Below are positions 14,296 through 28,751 of a stretch of 64,000 nucleotides of DNA, piece after piece (the first letter of the stretch is position 1; each line of letters starts with the position of its first letter). The stretch lies in NCBI RefSeq assembly GCF_006345805.1, contig NC_043002.1, positions 75,330,001-75,394,000 of the forward strand. The letters run 5' to 3'. Made by a program: the position numbers and the translations under genes. The stretch is from Octopus sinensis. Lineage: Eukaryota. The notes under the pieces were generated by a model. The model did no database searches. It saw only the letters and a list, made by a program, of their open reading frames with translations, and was not told the DNA's origin.

Positions 14296-16412
14296 TGTGT
14301 GTTGATGCAGGCATTATTCTCTATTTGAATATCCTTTTAACATTTTATGACAATGGTATAATAAAAAACCAAAACTGGATGATGGATGGCATATAATATT
14401 GTCATCATCATCATCATCATCATCTCTTGCTCTCCCCTTTGTTATTCACTCATCTCCCTCTCTCCCTACTCCCTTCCACTCTCTCTCTCTTGGAAAACTC
14501 AGATATGTTGATGGTCCATATAGAAATTTGTTAGTGATTGTTGCATAGGACTGCAAACTTTCTTCCTTACTCTTTTTTTTTTCTCTTTCTCTCCCCCACT
14601 CTCCCTACATACCCATTAGCATGCGAAAATGATAAGATCTATATAGTATGAAGTATTGGTCTAAGATTTCAAGGTTAAACAGTTCAAATCAACTGACGGA
14701 ATTTTGTTAGGTCTCTGGGAAAAAATAAGCAAAAAAAAAAAATCCTTTTCTACAGTCTCTCTCTCTCTCTTTCTTTGTGTGTGTCTCTCTCTCTGCAAGT
14801 CCACTTAACCATGTGGAAAAGGTATCAGATTTCATAGCAAGATATTCATTCAATGTACCAGCATCATCTTGAAGAAAAAATACCTCTTCAGCTAAATGCT
14901 ATTGAATCCACAAAAAGTAAACACCATGCCCCAAGAGTCATCTAGAAATCATTTCATATGTGCCTACCTCCTCTCACACACACGCACGCACACACACACA
15001 CACAAAATACAAAACTCACCAACTGCCTCTGTTTTTCTCTTTATGGCATGCAAGTTAAACCTCCGGTAAATCTTAAGGCATAATTGAATTACCTTTAAAG
15101 CTATTTAATGATAATGTTGCTTAACCCTAGGTCATCCCCAATTGGGTTGTAGCTTCATATAAACAAGAGCATACCAGCAATGACCATTTCCTTCTTTTGG
15201 TGTTCATTCTTAATGTAGCTAAGACTACATTATCCATGTGTTCTTCCTTTTCTAAATCAGTAGCATGTAATATGAGGGCAACAGAACTACTATTTTTAAC
15301 GATTTGAGCATTCAAAAGAAGCTTTCTCATTATGAAATTATTAATTTTTGTTCTCTAGATCAGCCCTTATCTATTATTGTCTAAAATTTCCCAGTCTTGT
15401 TCATTATCTTTCTTCTATCAACCATTGTGTATCCACATATATATTCTTATATCCTTTTTCTTGTTTCAGTCATGGAAACATGAATGCTCCGACACTGTGT
15501 GTATGTGTGTGTGTGTGTGTGATCATCATCATTATTTAGCAACTGTTTTCCCTGCTGGCAAGTTTCTTTCAGTTTCCATCTACCAAATCCACCTGTAAGA
15601 CTTTGGCAGGGTATAGTAGAAGACTCTTACTTACCCAAGGCACCTTTTTAATTCTTTGCAGTGTTTAACACAAAGAAAAATTCTTAAGCCATGTAAATTT
15701 TTTAAAACATGGCATCTTACCTGTGCTCCTACCTCAGATTTTTTTAATCCTTACATCTTTCCCACTCCCAACGGCTTAGAAAAACTCTAGTTTCACTCCA
15801 AGTCATTGCTGATCAAACTTTCAAGTGATGACCATTCACACCATTCCAACCGTTTTTCCAGAAATTGTGAAATCTAGTAGAGTTTGGATTTGAGGGAGAT
15901 TTAGCTTCTATTTCTAATAGACTGATCAACCACATAGAGGCTGTCGTTGGCTCATTACTTGAATAAATCCTTCTGCTGCTTGTTATTTATTTTTTTTTTG
16001 GTGCCAACTTCCATTTCTTCTGTTCTCATTCATTCCTTCTCTTTCCCTCTCATTCCCTAGTCTCTGCCTCCACACTCACTTCTCTTCAGTCTATCTATAT
16101 TTTACTGTTCTTCCTTTTTATCATCTAGAGGAAAATAAATCAATCATCCCTGATATTTTTATAGTCTCCTCCCCTCAAAGATTTGTCTACTTGCTTTTGT
16201 TCTTAGTGAAATTCTATTTCCTTATTTTTCTTTCGCTGTATTTTTTTTTCTTTTTGCTACATTCTGTGTGTAGCTATCTACATCTCTCTCTCTTTTGCTA
16301 TCTGTCTTAATCTCTCATTTCGTTTTGCTTTTTTTAATGGTAATGTGTGTGTCTCTAGCTGCCTATCTCTTCCCACCCCTCACCTCTTTTTCTCCCTCTC
16401 CTCTTTTTCTCC

Positions 16413-16448
<36 letters not shown>

Positions 16449-16602
16449 GTTAATCTCTCATTTGTTATTGTGTTTTTATGTGATGATATAGATACACACT
16501 TGTGTATGTCTTTGATATCTGTGATTGGAGAATTTTGCAAAAAAAAAAAAAAAAAGTATCCGAAACACATATACAGGGAAAAAGTCAGATATTTTAAAAC
16601 TG

Positions 16603-16644
<42 letters not shown>

Positions 16645-17254
16645 ATATATATAGATTTACATCAATAGAATTTTCTTGTTTACTATATGTCAGAGCCTTT
16701 TGTGAACAAGAAACCTAGCTTCTAATATACTGATAGTACAAGAAAGGTTGAGGTGGCAGGGAGAGGAATCCATAGAGTTGGAGGTTGTTATTGTCAGTTT
16801 TAAAGGTGTTCTTGTAACTATCGTTGTTGTTGTAGCAAGATTCAAGATGCATTGCATTTATATATATATTTATTTCATTATTATTTGTTTTGTGTGTTTT
16901 TCTTTGGTGGGGAGAGTGTGGAGTCATGCAATTTGTTTTATTTTTCAAAAAAAAAAAAAAGTGTAAATAAAAGTTTGTTTTCGTGGACATCCAAATATTT
17001 TCTTTTATATCAAATTTCTTTCTCTCTTTATGTATGTGTGTATATTTTTGTTTCTATTTCACTATTATTTCGAGTCATAAGACCCTTCAGCCTTCATCCC
17101 CAACTCCCCACCTCTTTCGTTTTGTCTTTGGTTGCTTCTTCCACCATACCCCATTTTCTCATCTTTTACTTTTGTCTTTCTGGTTCTTTGCCAATTTCTT
17201 TTCCTCTTCGTCTTCCATATTTTTTCTCAGCTTCTCTCTTTCATCTTTTTTCCT

Positions 17255-17299
<45 letters not shown>

Positions 17300-17699
17300 C
17301 TCTCTTTATCTACCACTCTCTCTCATGTCTCTCCTCCAAAATTCTTGTTTCCTTTTTTGCCGTTCTCTTTCAATAACTCCCATATATTTTGTAAATTGAT
17401 TATTAACAAAACAAAAGACTTTTAAATTGCTACATCTAAAAATTCAAATGTTGTTGTTATTGCTGTTGCCACTGGTGTTGGTGGTGGTGGTGGTGGTGGT
17501 GGTTGTGGCGATGCTTGGCCTTAATAGAATGTACATCCCTCCATCTTAATCATCCTCCAATTTTGTTGGAATATTTCCATTTTGGAAATTTGATGGTAAA
17601 GTAAATATAATCTTGCTCCTGGAACCGACTATATCAAATATCTAATTAAAGCTATTTTTAATGTCAACTAGTTCATGTTTATGTCAATAAACATCACCG

Positions 17700-17733
<34 letters not shown>

Positions 17734-18719
17734 GTCACAACACAGTATTACATGATTTTGTTGTGTCACTGAGCTCAATCCATATGCTTCAAGTCATATA
17801 TGATTGCTCACACTTTATTATCTATATATGAGTATGCTTATTTATTAATGTCTTTCTTTGTGTGTGTGTGTATGTGTTCCTTTGTGTATGTGTGTCTGTT
17901 TCTTTGTGTCTGCATGGGCGTGTATATAGTGATTTTATATAGGATTTATGCTGTGCTTAACACTACTACATTATGTAATTTTACATTTTAAAAAAATCCA
18001 GACACACACATGTGTGTGTGCACATAAATACACAAAGTAAATCCATGTGTTTCTGAATTTAGGTGGTACACATAGGTTTGGGAACAAGTGTGCCCCATAA
18101 AATTTTGGCTGGGAAAAAATTCCTGAAAAACTGGATTTGCACCCTCTAAGCAAATTTCTTTCCTGCACTTATGGTAGTATACATAATGTTACTTGGATAC
18201 CATTAACAGAGTCTGTTCTTTCACCAGTGTTTGGATCAGTCGGAAGTCCTTCCTTTTTTTCTTTTGAATAAAACATAATACATGCATACACACATTCAAC
18301 ATGAAGTCTCCATCTACCAGATTCTCTCTCACACAGCATTGGTCATCTTGGAGTTATTATTGTAGAAGACACTTAAGCAAAGTACTGCACAGTGGGACTG
18401 AACCCAAAACCTCATGGTTGTGAAGCAGACTTCTTGATGATGAGGATAAGCACATGTTTGACCATATAGTTAAACTGTAGTTGCAATTATATGTTTCCAG
18501 ATTTGATCCCAAGTTGCATCAAGTCGAGTTAGTGTCTTCTACTATAGCCTTGGGTTGACCAATACCTTATGATTATAATTTGGTTGAAAGAAAATTTTAC
18601 AGAAGCCCATTTTATGTATATATTCATTTTGTGTTTACTTAGTTAACATTAGAAATATTAAATTTCTAAATATCTCATAGAGATATGTACGGTGGTGGGG
18701 CGATATAATGGTTGTATAC

Positions 18720-18963
18720 TGTCAACTTAACGTGACAGTAGAGGATTACACCACAGCTGTTTAGCCCTTGGAAGCATCGACGCTTCCTGTTGGCTTCGAC
18801 ACACTTACTGTGTCCTTATATATTTACGAAGGGGAGGGGTATTTGTCTCCCCTTCGTAAATATATAAGGACACAGTAAGTGTGTCGAAGCCAACAGGAAG
18901 CGTTGATGCTTCCTAGGGCTAAACAGCGGTGGTGTAATCCCCTACTGTCACGTTTAGTTAACA
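18720..18963. repeat. 244-bp foldback palindrome (117-bp arms, 10-nt loop), probably a hairpin MITE
   Basis: Arm 18720-18836 versus the reverse complement of 18847-18963 shows 6 mismatches in 117 nt. The loop is GGGTATTTGT. No clear TSD. Confidence 0.9.
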
Positions 18964-19354
18964 TTGTTTTTTGTGTTTTTTTTTGCTGTGCTAGTATGGG
19001 TTTTGATGGAGAGTTATTTGAAGTATGATTTTACAATCAGTTGCTCATCCTGTTCCCAACCCTTACTTGCTTTACAAGCAAGAGTTATTTCATTGATCTT
19101 CAAAAGTGCAGAATGACTGGCTATGATGTGAAGAAGAAATGTTATTATCAGCACTGCTTTACTTAAGTGGTGACAATTGTAGAATATAAACTTGTGTGTA
19201 CTCATGCATGCACTACTTTTTAGTGGCCACACAGATCCCTCTGTAGGAAAATGCTCTACTTCATTTCTCTCATAGTATCCCCTTATCCCCTGGCATGAAG
19301 TTGACCACCCACCTACCTCAGGGCTTGTCCTGCAAACTGCATGGCAAGCTCAGT

Positions 19355-19541
19355 AGTGTCAGTGGCATGAAAAAAGCCTCACCTAGTCTATGCTGTAAAG
19401 TTAGGGTTGCCATTAGGAAGGGTGTCCAACTGTAAAAGCCAGACATTAGAGCTTGATGCAGTTCTTGAACACATTGGTTCCTGTCAAACTGTTTGACCCA
19501 TGTCAGCATCAAACAGAGACATTAAATGATGATGATGATAA
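19355..19541 (+). mobile_element. RTE 3'-UTR fragment
   Basis: Contains TTAGGAAGGGTGTCCAACTGTAAAAGCC and ends GACATTAAATGATGATGATG. Confidence 0.65.
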
Positions 19542-21344
19542 TGTATATATGCTGTTTCCATGTATTAAATTCTCTCTTTGTATTGGTTAGCTCTGGGCTA
19601 CAGAGAAGATGCCCAATAGTTCCACATAGTGGGGCTAAATGTGAAAACATGAAGTGGTAAAGTGAGATTCTTAACCACACAGGCTTGCTCACGTGTGTGT
19701 GTGTTTTAATGTTTACAATGGTCTATAAAAACTGGTGTTGTTATTTATGTGGTGTTCTTTGTTGTTCTTTACAAAATGATTGATAAAAAAATCAGTACCA
19801 ACTGAAATAAATATTGAGATGATGTCATTGGCTAAAACTCTTGAAGACACTGCCCCAGCATGGCCACAGTCCAATGCTTGAAACGAGCTAAGAAAAGAAG
19901 AAAAGAAAAGAATAAGTAAATAATGTATAAATAAAAGAATAAAAAAAGATATGTTTTCAATGACAAAATGGCAAATACTGCCAAAGCTGATAAAAAAAAA
20001 AATAGTCAAAGATAATGTCAATAGAATCAATAGTAAATATCCCAATACACTCGGCAAACAAACAAAATCTCATTGAATGTTACTATAAAGCTTTTCCATG
20101 AATATATATTTATCGTGCTACCAGTATCACCATACTCCTTAGAATATCCGATAGCTTACCAGGATTATATAAATAAACCATGAAAAAACAAAAGTTAAAA
20201 AATGTAAATATATATATATATATATATATGAATAAAAAAAGCCTGGCAAAAATTGTCATCGCCATCATTGCCATACTTGTCGTCATCATTGTTGTCATAA
20301 TTATTTTGATGTACGCTTTTCCATGCTTGCATGGATCAGACAGAATTCACTGAGAGAGATTCTCTGAAACTGTATGTCCTTCTTATTGCCAACCCTCACC
20401 TGTTTCTGAGTAAGGTTTTATTTTTTTAGCAACGATCAGACATATTATCAAGTAAGATTGGAAATAAATGGCATTACTTACTTGTATGATGATGATGATG
20501 CATGTTTACAACCATTGCATGATGTCAAGGCATACTCTTTCTGTCTCTGACGCAAACATACACATGCAGGTAGATGAAGGCTTCTTTCAGTTTCCATCTA
20601 CTGAATCCACTCACAAAGACTTTGATTGATTCTAGGCTGTAGTTGAAGACACTTGTCCATGGTGCTGTGCAGTGGAGCTGAAACCAGAATCATGTGATTA
20701 GGAAGCACACTTGTAAATGACATGGTTATCATAACAGTTTCATTATTTCTTCTATATTCTTTTATTTGTTTTCATCAATGGACTGTGACCATGCTGGAGG
20801 ACCCCTGTGAAAGGTTTAGTTAATCACATCAATGACAGTAATTATTTTTAGGGATCATGTGTGCATGAGCATGTGATGGGCTTCTTGGTTGGTCTGGGGC
20901 TATAGTCGAAGACACTTGCCCAAGGTGCCACACAGTAGGACGAAATTTGAAACCATGTGGCTGAAAATTGAATTTCTTAGTTACACAGATATGCCTACAT
21001 GTGCACACGCACGCGCACACACACACACACACACACTTAAATATAAAATGACGATGATGTGAACATCTTGATGAGCTAATGGAAGAGTCTGTAAGTGGTT
21101 GCTTGAGAAATAGAAATAGCAGGTAAAAGAAAGGTAAATACACTTTGGATAATATACTTCTAGATATACTATGGCAAAATATAAAGGAAAGCTAAGATGG
21201 TTGTGGTTGGAATGCTTTTGATATAAATCTGCCCAGTCAAAGTTTTTAATAAAAAAAAAAAAATTTTTTTTTAAATTTTGATCTGGAGCTGGTTGTTATG
21301 CCAATTGGTTGAGACCTAAGTAAAAACATCAGTAATATTAGGTT

Positions 21345-21560
21345 TCATATTCTTGCACAAGGCCAGCAATTTTGGGGAAGGTTATATGTCAGTTTCATTC
21401 ACTCTAGTGTTCAACTGGTGCTTATTTTATTGACCCCAAAAAGGATGAAAGGCGAAGTTGACCTCAGCATAATTTCAACTCAGAACATCAAGATGGATGA
21501 AATGCTGTTAAGTATTTTACCTGGCGTGTGAAGGATTCTGCCAAATTGCTGCCTTAATAT
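21345..21560 (+). mobile_element. Further SINE-like repeat (family D)
   Basis: CAACTGGTGCTTATTTTATTGACCCCAAAAAGGATGAAAGGCGAAGTTGACCTC...AACTCAGAAC. Related reverse-complement pieces lie near 38470-38560, 52380-52480 and 61950-62290. Confidence 0.5.
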
Positions 21561-21682
21561 ATATCATAATATTAGCAAATATGGTTTTAACTGAATGTGC
21601 CTGAAAGAGTTGCTACTTTATAGTTACATTTAAACTCATCTAGATATACACGCACAAGTATATGTGTTATATATTATTTGCA

Positions 21683-21699
<17 letters not shown>

Positions 21700-21717
<18 letters not shown>

Positions 21718-22004
21718 ATATATATTATTATATATTATATTATATATATATATATTATATAATATAATGTATATGTATATATATTGTATATATAATATAT
21801 ATATATGATATATATATATGTATATATATATGTATATAGTAATATATATTATATATATGTGTTATATATAATGTATATATATATATATGTATATATATAT
21901 GTATATATATATGTATATATAATGTATATATATATGTATATATATATGTATATTATATATATGTATATATATTATGTATATATATATGTAATATATTATA
22001 TATG

Positions 22005-22043
<39 letters not shown>

Positions 22044-22140
22044 GTATTATATATATGTATATATATATATATGTATATATATATATGTTATATATATATG
22101 TATATTATATATGTATATATATATATATATATTATATATG

Positions 22141-22179
<39 letters not shown>

Positions 22180-22381
22180 GGATATATTATATATGTATAT
22201 ATATATGTATAATATATATATGTATATATATATATATAATTATATATGATATATATATATATGTATTATTATATATTGTATATATATATATATATATGTA
22301 TAATATATATTATATTGGTATGTATATATATATATAATATATATATATGTGTATATATATATAGTATATATATATATATAG

Positions 22382-22440
<59 letters not shown>

Positions 22441-22468
22441 GATATATTGTATATATATATATATTATG

Positions 22469-22503
<35 letters not shown>

Positions 22504-22735
22504 GTATATATAATATATATGTTATATATATATATATATGTATATATATGTATATATGTATATATATGTATATATATATATATGTATATGTATATATATA
22601 TATTGTATATATATTATATATGTATATGTATATATATATATGTGTATATATATATATGTATATGTATCTATATATATGTGTATATGTATATATATAATGT
22701 GTATATATATATAATATATGTATATATATATGTAT

Positions 22736-22768
<33 letters not shown>

Positions 22769-22868
22769 GTATATATGTATTATATATATGTATATATATG
22801 TATATATTATATATATATATATGTTAAGCTATAATATATATGTATTATATATATATATATATATGTAT

Positions 22869-22904
<36 letters not shown>

Positions 22905-22985
22905 TGTATTATATTATATATATATGTAATATATATAGATATATGTATATATATAATATATATATGTATATATATATAATATATG

Positions 22986-23019
<34 letters not shown>

Positions 23020-23024
23020 TGTTG

Positions 23025-23060
<36 letters not shown>

Positions 23061-23495
23061 TGTATATATATAATATATATGTATATATATATATATGTAT
23101 GTATATATATATATATGTATGTATATATATATATATGTATATATAGATATATATATGTATATATATATATTATATATGTATATATATATATATATATGTA
23201 TATATATGATATGTATATATATATATATAATAGTATATATATATATATATATAGTATATTATATGATATATATATGTATATATATGTATATATATGTATA
23301 TATATGTATATATATGTATGTATATATATATATATGTATGTATATATATATATATGTATGTATATATATATATATATGTATGTATATATATATATGTATG
23401 TATATATATATATGTATATATGTATATATATTATTATGTATATATATATTATATGTATATATATATGTATTATATATGTATATATATGTATATAT

Positions 23496-23527
<32 letters not shown>

Positions 23528-23569
23528 TGTTATATCTATATATATATATGTAGATATATATAATATATG

Positions 23570-23624
<55 letters not shown>

Positions 23625-23677
23625 GTATAGATATATATATATGTATATATATATGTATATATATATATATGTATATG

Positions 23678-23708
<31 letters not shown>

Positions 23709-23767
23709 GTATATTATATATATGTATATGTATATATAATATATGTAATATATATATTATATATGTA

Positions 23768-23799
<32 letters not shown>

Positions 23800-24102
23800 G
23801 TATATGTATATATATAATATGTATATAATATAGGTATATGTATATAATATATATGTATATATATATATATATGTGTATATATATAGATATATGTATATAT
23901 ATATATATGTATATATATATGTATGTATATATATATGTATGTATATATATATGTATGTATATATATATGTGATTGTATTATATGTGTATATATATATGTA
24001 TATATATATGTATGTATGTATATATATATATGTGTATATATATATATGTGTATATATATGTATGTGTATATATATGTATGTGTATATATATGTATATGTA
24101 TG

Positions 24103-24142
<40 letters not shown>

Positions 24143-24161
24143 TGTATGTATATGTATGTAT

Positions 24162-24212
<51 letters not shown>
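21700..24212. repeat. ~2.5-kb cryptic (TA)n satellite with frequent G/T/A interruptions
   Basis: Almost purely A/T dinucleotide repeat with recurrent TATG/TATT/TAAT variants. The plus strand has many G but very few C. Confidence 0.95.
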
Positions 24213-24214
<2 letters not shown>

Positions 24215-24335
24215 TGTGGCTGTGTGGTAAGAAGCTTGCTTCCCAACCACTTGGTTCTGGGTCAATCCACTGCATGCCATCTTGGACAATTATCTTCTAT
24301 GATAGCCTCAGTCCAACCAAAGCCTTCAGATTTGG
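24213..24335 (+). mobile_element. SINE family A head fragment
   Basis: GGTGTGGCTGTGTGGTAAGAAGCTTGCTTCCCAACCAC...CCAAAGCCTT. A matching tail half lies at ~24950-25130. Confidence 0.75.
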
Positions 24336-24338
24336 TCA

Positions 24339-24523
24339 CTTACAGTTGTTTCAATTAACACTCAATAAACATTAAATTTACGTTAAGCGGAGTCTGCTAA
24401 AATGAATTCATAAGCACACATATAACATCCAAATGTACATCTTTTTCCATCTGATGATATTGTGCTCATGTCACATAAATGTAAATTTAATGTTTATTGA
24501 GTATTCATTGAAACAGCTGTAAG
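24339..24523. mobile_element. ~185-bp element with ~42-bp terminal inverted repeats (TA-flanked MITE or inverted Penelope pLTR fragment)
   Basis: Left CTTACAGTTGTTTCAATTAACACTCAATAAACATTAAATTTAC is the near reverse complement of right GTAAATTTAATGTTTATTGAGTATTCATTGAAACAGCTGTAAG. TA-CAG...CTG-TA lies at 24341-24343 and 24517-24521. The element sits right after a truncated SINE head. Confidence 0.7.
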
Positions 24524-24714
24524 GGAAGATGACCAATTTGTTGTTAATAAACAATTATTAACTTCTCAATTTCCATTTTCTTTTCTTTTTTTGAGTGAAT
24601 ATAAGCTATATGTTTTTATATACACCTATTATTTTAAGGAAATTCATTGCCCCAAAATATTGAACCAGCATTTCTTTAGTTGAAACCATCCCTTCATGAG
24701 ATTTACACATCCTC

Positions 24715-24774
<60 letters not shown>

Positions 24775-25412
24775 ATATATATATATTTATTTACTTATAT
24801 ATATACATATATAACATATATATGTATATATGTGTATGTGTGTGTATATATATACATATATATATATATATATACATACATATATAACATATATATGTAT
24901 ATATATGTGTGTGTATGTGTAGATATATATATATATATAAATGTGTGTACCCCTGCCCCATCACTGCTTGACAACTGGTGCTATCCCCTTAACTTAGTGG
25001 TTCACTAGAAAGATCGATGGAATAAGTACTAGGCTTAAGTTATGTCCTCAGGTTGATTTGTTTCACTTAAATCCCATCAAGGAGTAGCTCCAGCATGGCC
25101 GCAGTCAGATGATTGAAACATGTAAAAGAATATGCATGCATATATATATATATATATGTATATAGTCTCTGACAAAGCTATGGCACGTTTCACTTGCACT
25201 CAGTTCTGAATGTACTACTTTTTATAGCAGAAAAAGCTGTAGGCTAAAAATTTTATGTGATTTCTGTTCCTCTGTCATTCATTAATTAATAATACACTTT
25301 GTACTTGTTTAATATTTTATTCTGGAGCATAGGTATGTTGATTTCATACAACTGGTTATCGGTATTACTATTCCTAAGCAAAATCATCACACGCATGCGT
25401 GTGCACGCGCAT

Positions 25413-25458
<46 letters not shown>

Positions 25459-25610
25459 GGGTTTGGTTTGTGGTTAAGAAGTTTGCTTCAGAGTGACATG
25501 GTTTCAGATTCAGTCCCAGTGTGGCACCTTGCGTCCCTTACGATAGCCCTGGAATCACCAATGCCTTGTGAGGTAATTTGTTGATGGAATCTGAAGGAAG
25601 CTAATCCTCT

Positions 25611-25660
<50 letters not shown>

Positions 25661-25882
25661 ATATGAATATTATATGCTTGTCATGGCTTGAATGCTTCTT
25701 ATTGAGATTCTGAATAGTTGTTCTGCACTTTCAAAGATTTCTGGAATAAAAACTCCCTTACATGAAAAGAGGGAAAGTTTGGTGACTGGAGGAGCATCTC
25801 TGTATAAAATCCTGCCTCAATTAACTCTCCATTGAAACAACCCATTCTTGCAAGGCAAAACGGATGTTAACTTAATGAATGA

Positions 25883-25932
<50 letters not shown>

Positions 25933-27194
25933 CTTTAGTTAATGCAATATAAAATGGAATATTGGTAATTTCTTAGATGGCAAGTTTGTCTGAAGGAACA
26001 CATAGAACTCTTACAATTACAGAAAGACACAAAAAAAGAAAAGGAAAAGGGAATTAATTTCCATGTATTTTGCAAAGAATTTCAAAATTGAAATATAATA
26101 ACTACAATTTCAGAAATAGCTTGAAATTTCAGGAATAATGCAAAAATAAAAACCTCCACCCTCTCCTTTGTTTTTGTTTTTTTATTTTTGTTTTTGATTT
26201 TACTGTCGCCCATCCTCTTTTCATACCCTACCACCCCACTTTGCAGGCATACAATACTGTCTTTACCTGCTTTAATCATTATCACCAACACCACCACTAC
26301 TACACAATATCTATCCCGCCCTATGTCTCAATTCTTATCTTTCCATCTCTGTCTTTCTTACAAGCAGACCACACACACACACATACACACACTTGCTCAT
26401 TCTGCTTCTTTTTCTCTCTCGGCTCCTTTCTCTCTCATGACCTTTCCCTCTCTCTCCTGCTTTCTTTCTTACTTTCTCTTTCACTCATCCTCTCTCTCTC
26501 TCTCTTTCCCTTTCTCTCGTTCATGCTCTTTCTCTCTACTTCCCTCTCATTCTCTTGTTCTATTATTTTTCTCTCCCTTACTATATCTTTTCCTTTTCCA
26601 TTCCTCACCCCCCCCCCGCCCCTCTGCTCTGTTCTTATTGTCTCAATCACCACTGGTTCCTACCACTGTTTCCAGACATTCTTTTCAATGCAAATTCTTT
26701 TTCTCAGTCGCCACCATCACCACCACTTACTCCTCTAACCATCACCAACCATCATCACTTGTCCATTTCCATCACTCCAATCCACAACATACACACACAC
26801 TTGAATTTTTCTCTACATGTATTTATCTGTGGGTTAGTGTATCTATGTGTACGTGTTTGTCTCTATAATCACCACGTGTGTGTGTGTATATGTGTATTAC
26901 TGGAGATTACTCTTGTATATTTTAATAGAAATTTTGTTCATTTATTTATTTATCTGAATTTTTTTCTTCATTTTATTTATTATTATTATTATTTCTATTT
27001 TGTATTTGTCTTTGAGAGACCATTTCTTGTTTAGAGATTTTTATAGTTTATAGCTGCTGCTATCCAGTTACAGAAGATTGGGTGAGATGTGGTGTGATTG
27101 CGAACTACACAATGAAGCAAATAAATAATAAATCAATTAGTATGACTTAGGTGGTTTTTAAAAAAAAATTATATTTATGTATTTATTGTTATTA

Positions 27195-27235
<41 letters not shown>

Positions 27236-28751
27236 GTTATTGTTATTATTATTATTATTATTAATTGTTTTACTGATGCTGGTATTTAGATTATTGAACT
27301 TTTGTTTGTACTTAAGCTAATTTCTTTATGTCTTGTTGACTATAAAAGAAGTGAAGATTCAGTCATGTCTTTTTGTGTGTGTGTGTGTGTGTGGCTATAG
27401 CTTTCTTGGTTTATTCTTTATTTATTTTCTATTCCTCTTCTGATTTTCTTTTCAATTTTCAAAACAACTTTGGTTTTATCAAGTGTTGTTGTGTGTTTTT
27501 ATTTTATATTTTATTATTATTAGTATTATTTTTATTATTATTTTTGTTTTGTTTTTCTAGTTATCTTATTTCTCTGCTATAATTTGTTAAAACAATTCTA
27601 TTATTCTAAGTGATTGATATTGTAATTCATTTGTGTTTGTTCGTTGTTCCTCCTTAGTTGAAACCGCTCTGTAAATCTTGTCTATTTAGCTTTCTTCAGT
27701 TATTCAATACTCCTCTTTAATGAATTAATGCTCATTCTACCATTATTTGAAAATCCATTGTTTCTAAAGTTCAGAATATAAAGATTTTTTCCATCTGTCT
27801 GCATGCCAAACTGCCTTCCTGTCTGTTTGTCAGTATCACTCCTTTTCTTTTAACCCCTCCCCCCCACACACACATACACTATTCCATATCTAGCTAGCCC
27901 CACTCTATCTACTATTTTTATTGTTGTTGTTTTTATTATTTTTATTTTTTATCTCTACTTCACCTCTTTTGCTATATCAGTATAAGCTGACATTATTTTC
28001 AAAGTACAAGCTTCTGCAACAGTGTTTCTCAGTGTTGGACAATTCTTCTTCCCAACAATACTCACTTCACTTGGAAATAACAATTCACAGTTCATGGGGT
28101 ATGAGACAAAATGTGTACAATTCTTTTGTTTGGAACATGCGAAGAATAAATTGAAACTTAACTGTAAGAAGGACAATCTGTCCAAACAGCCTCAAGAAAT
28201 TCTCATTCAGTTTGCTCATCCCTATAATAAGAATAATGATTTATTTCATAGACACAAGGCCTCAAATTTGGGAGTAGGGATGTAGTCACTTATTGTTATC
28301 CTCATTCATCATCATCATCATCTTGTTAACATTCACTTTTCTCTTCTTGCATGGATTAGATGGAATTTTTGAGGCAGTGTTTTGTATTACCAGATACCTT
28401 TTCTGTCACCACCCTTCTCTTGTTTTTCAAGCAAGGTAATATTTCCTTGTGACCGGACATGCTTTCATGGAAGATTTGAAATGAATGACACTGCCTGTAT
28501 GACAGTGTCACTCATTTACAACTACCGTGTAATGTCAAGAGAAGGAAGCATAAACGTACACACACACATGCATGCATGTGCACACATGAGAGGCTTAGAA
28601 GGCACTTGCCCAAAGTGCGGTACAGTGGAACCAAACTTGAAACCCCATGGTTGTGAACTGAACTTTTTAACCATGCATATCAAACTATATAGGGAACGAT
28701 GAAAAGAATGTTGTCGTAGGATTTGAGCTCAGGATGTAAGGGAATGTAACT

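Noticed and set aside
18200-18262. Minus-strand ~60-nt candidate exon (KKEGLPTDPNTGERTDSVN or KKRKDFRLIQTLVKEQTLLM)
   Set aside because: Weak acceptor and donor, two equally open frames and no recognisable homology.
18900-18935. Hammerhead-like pattern (TTGATGC..CC-TAG-GG-CTAAACAGC) inside the palindrome arm
   Set aside because: Several invariant core positions deviate in both arms.
28066-28161. Minus-strand 96-nt in-frame segment with CTTCTTACAG acceptor and GAA|GTGAGT donor (LSFNLFFACSKQKNCTHFVSYPMNCELLFPSE)
   Set aside because: Splice signals are good but the peptide is unrecognisable and no chain of compatible exons could be built. It needs RNA-seq.
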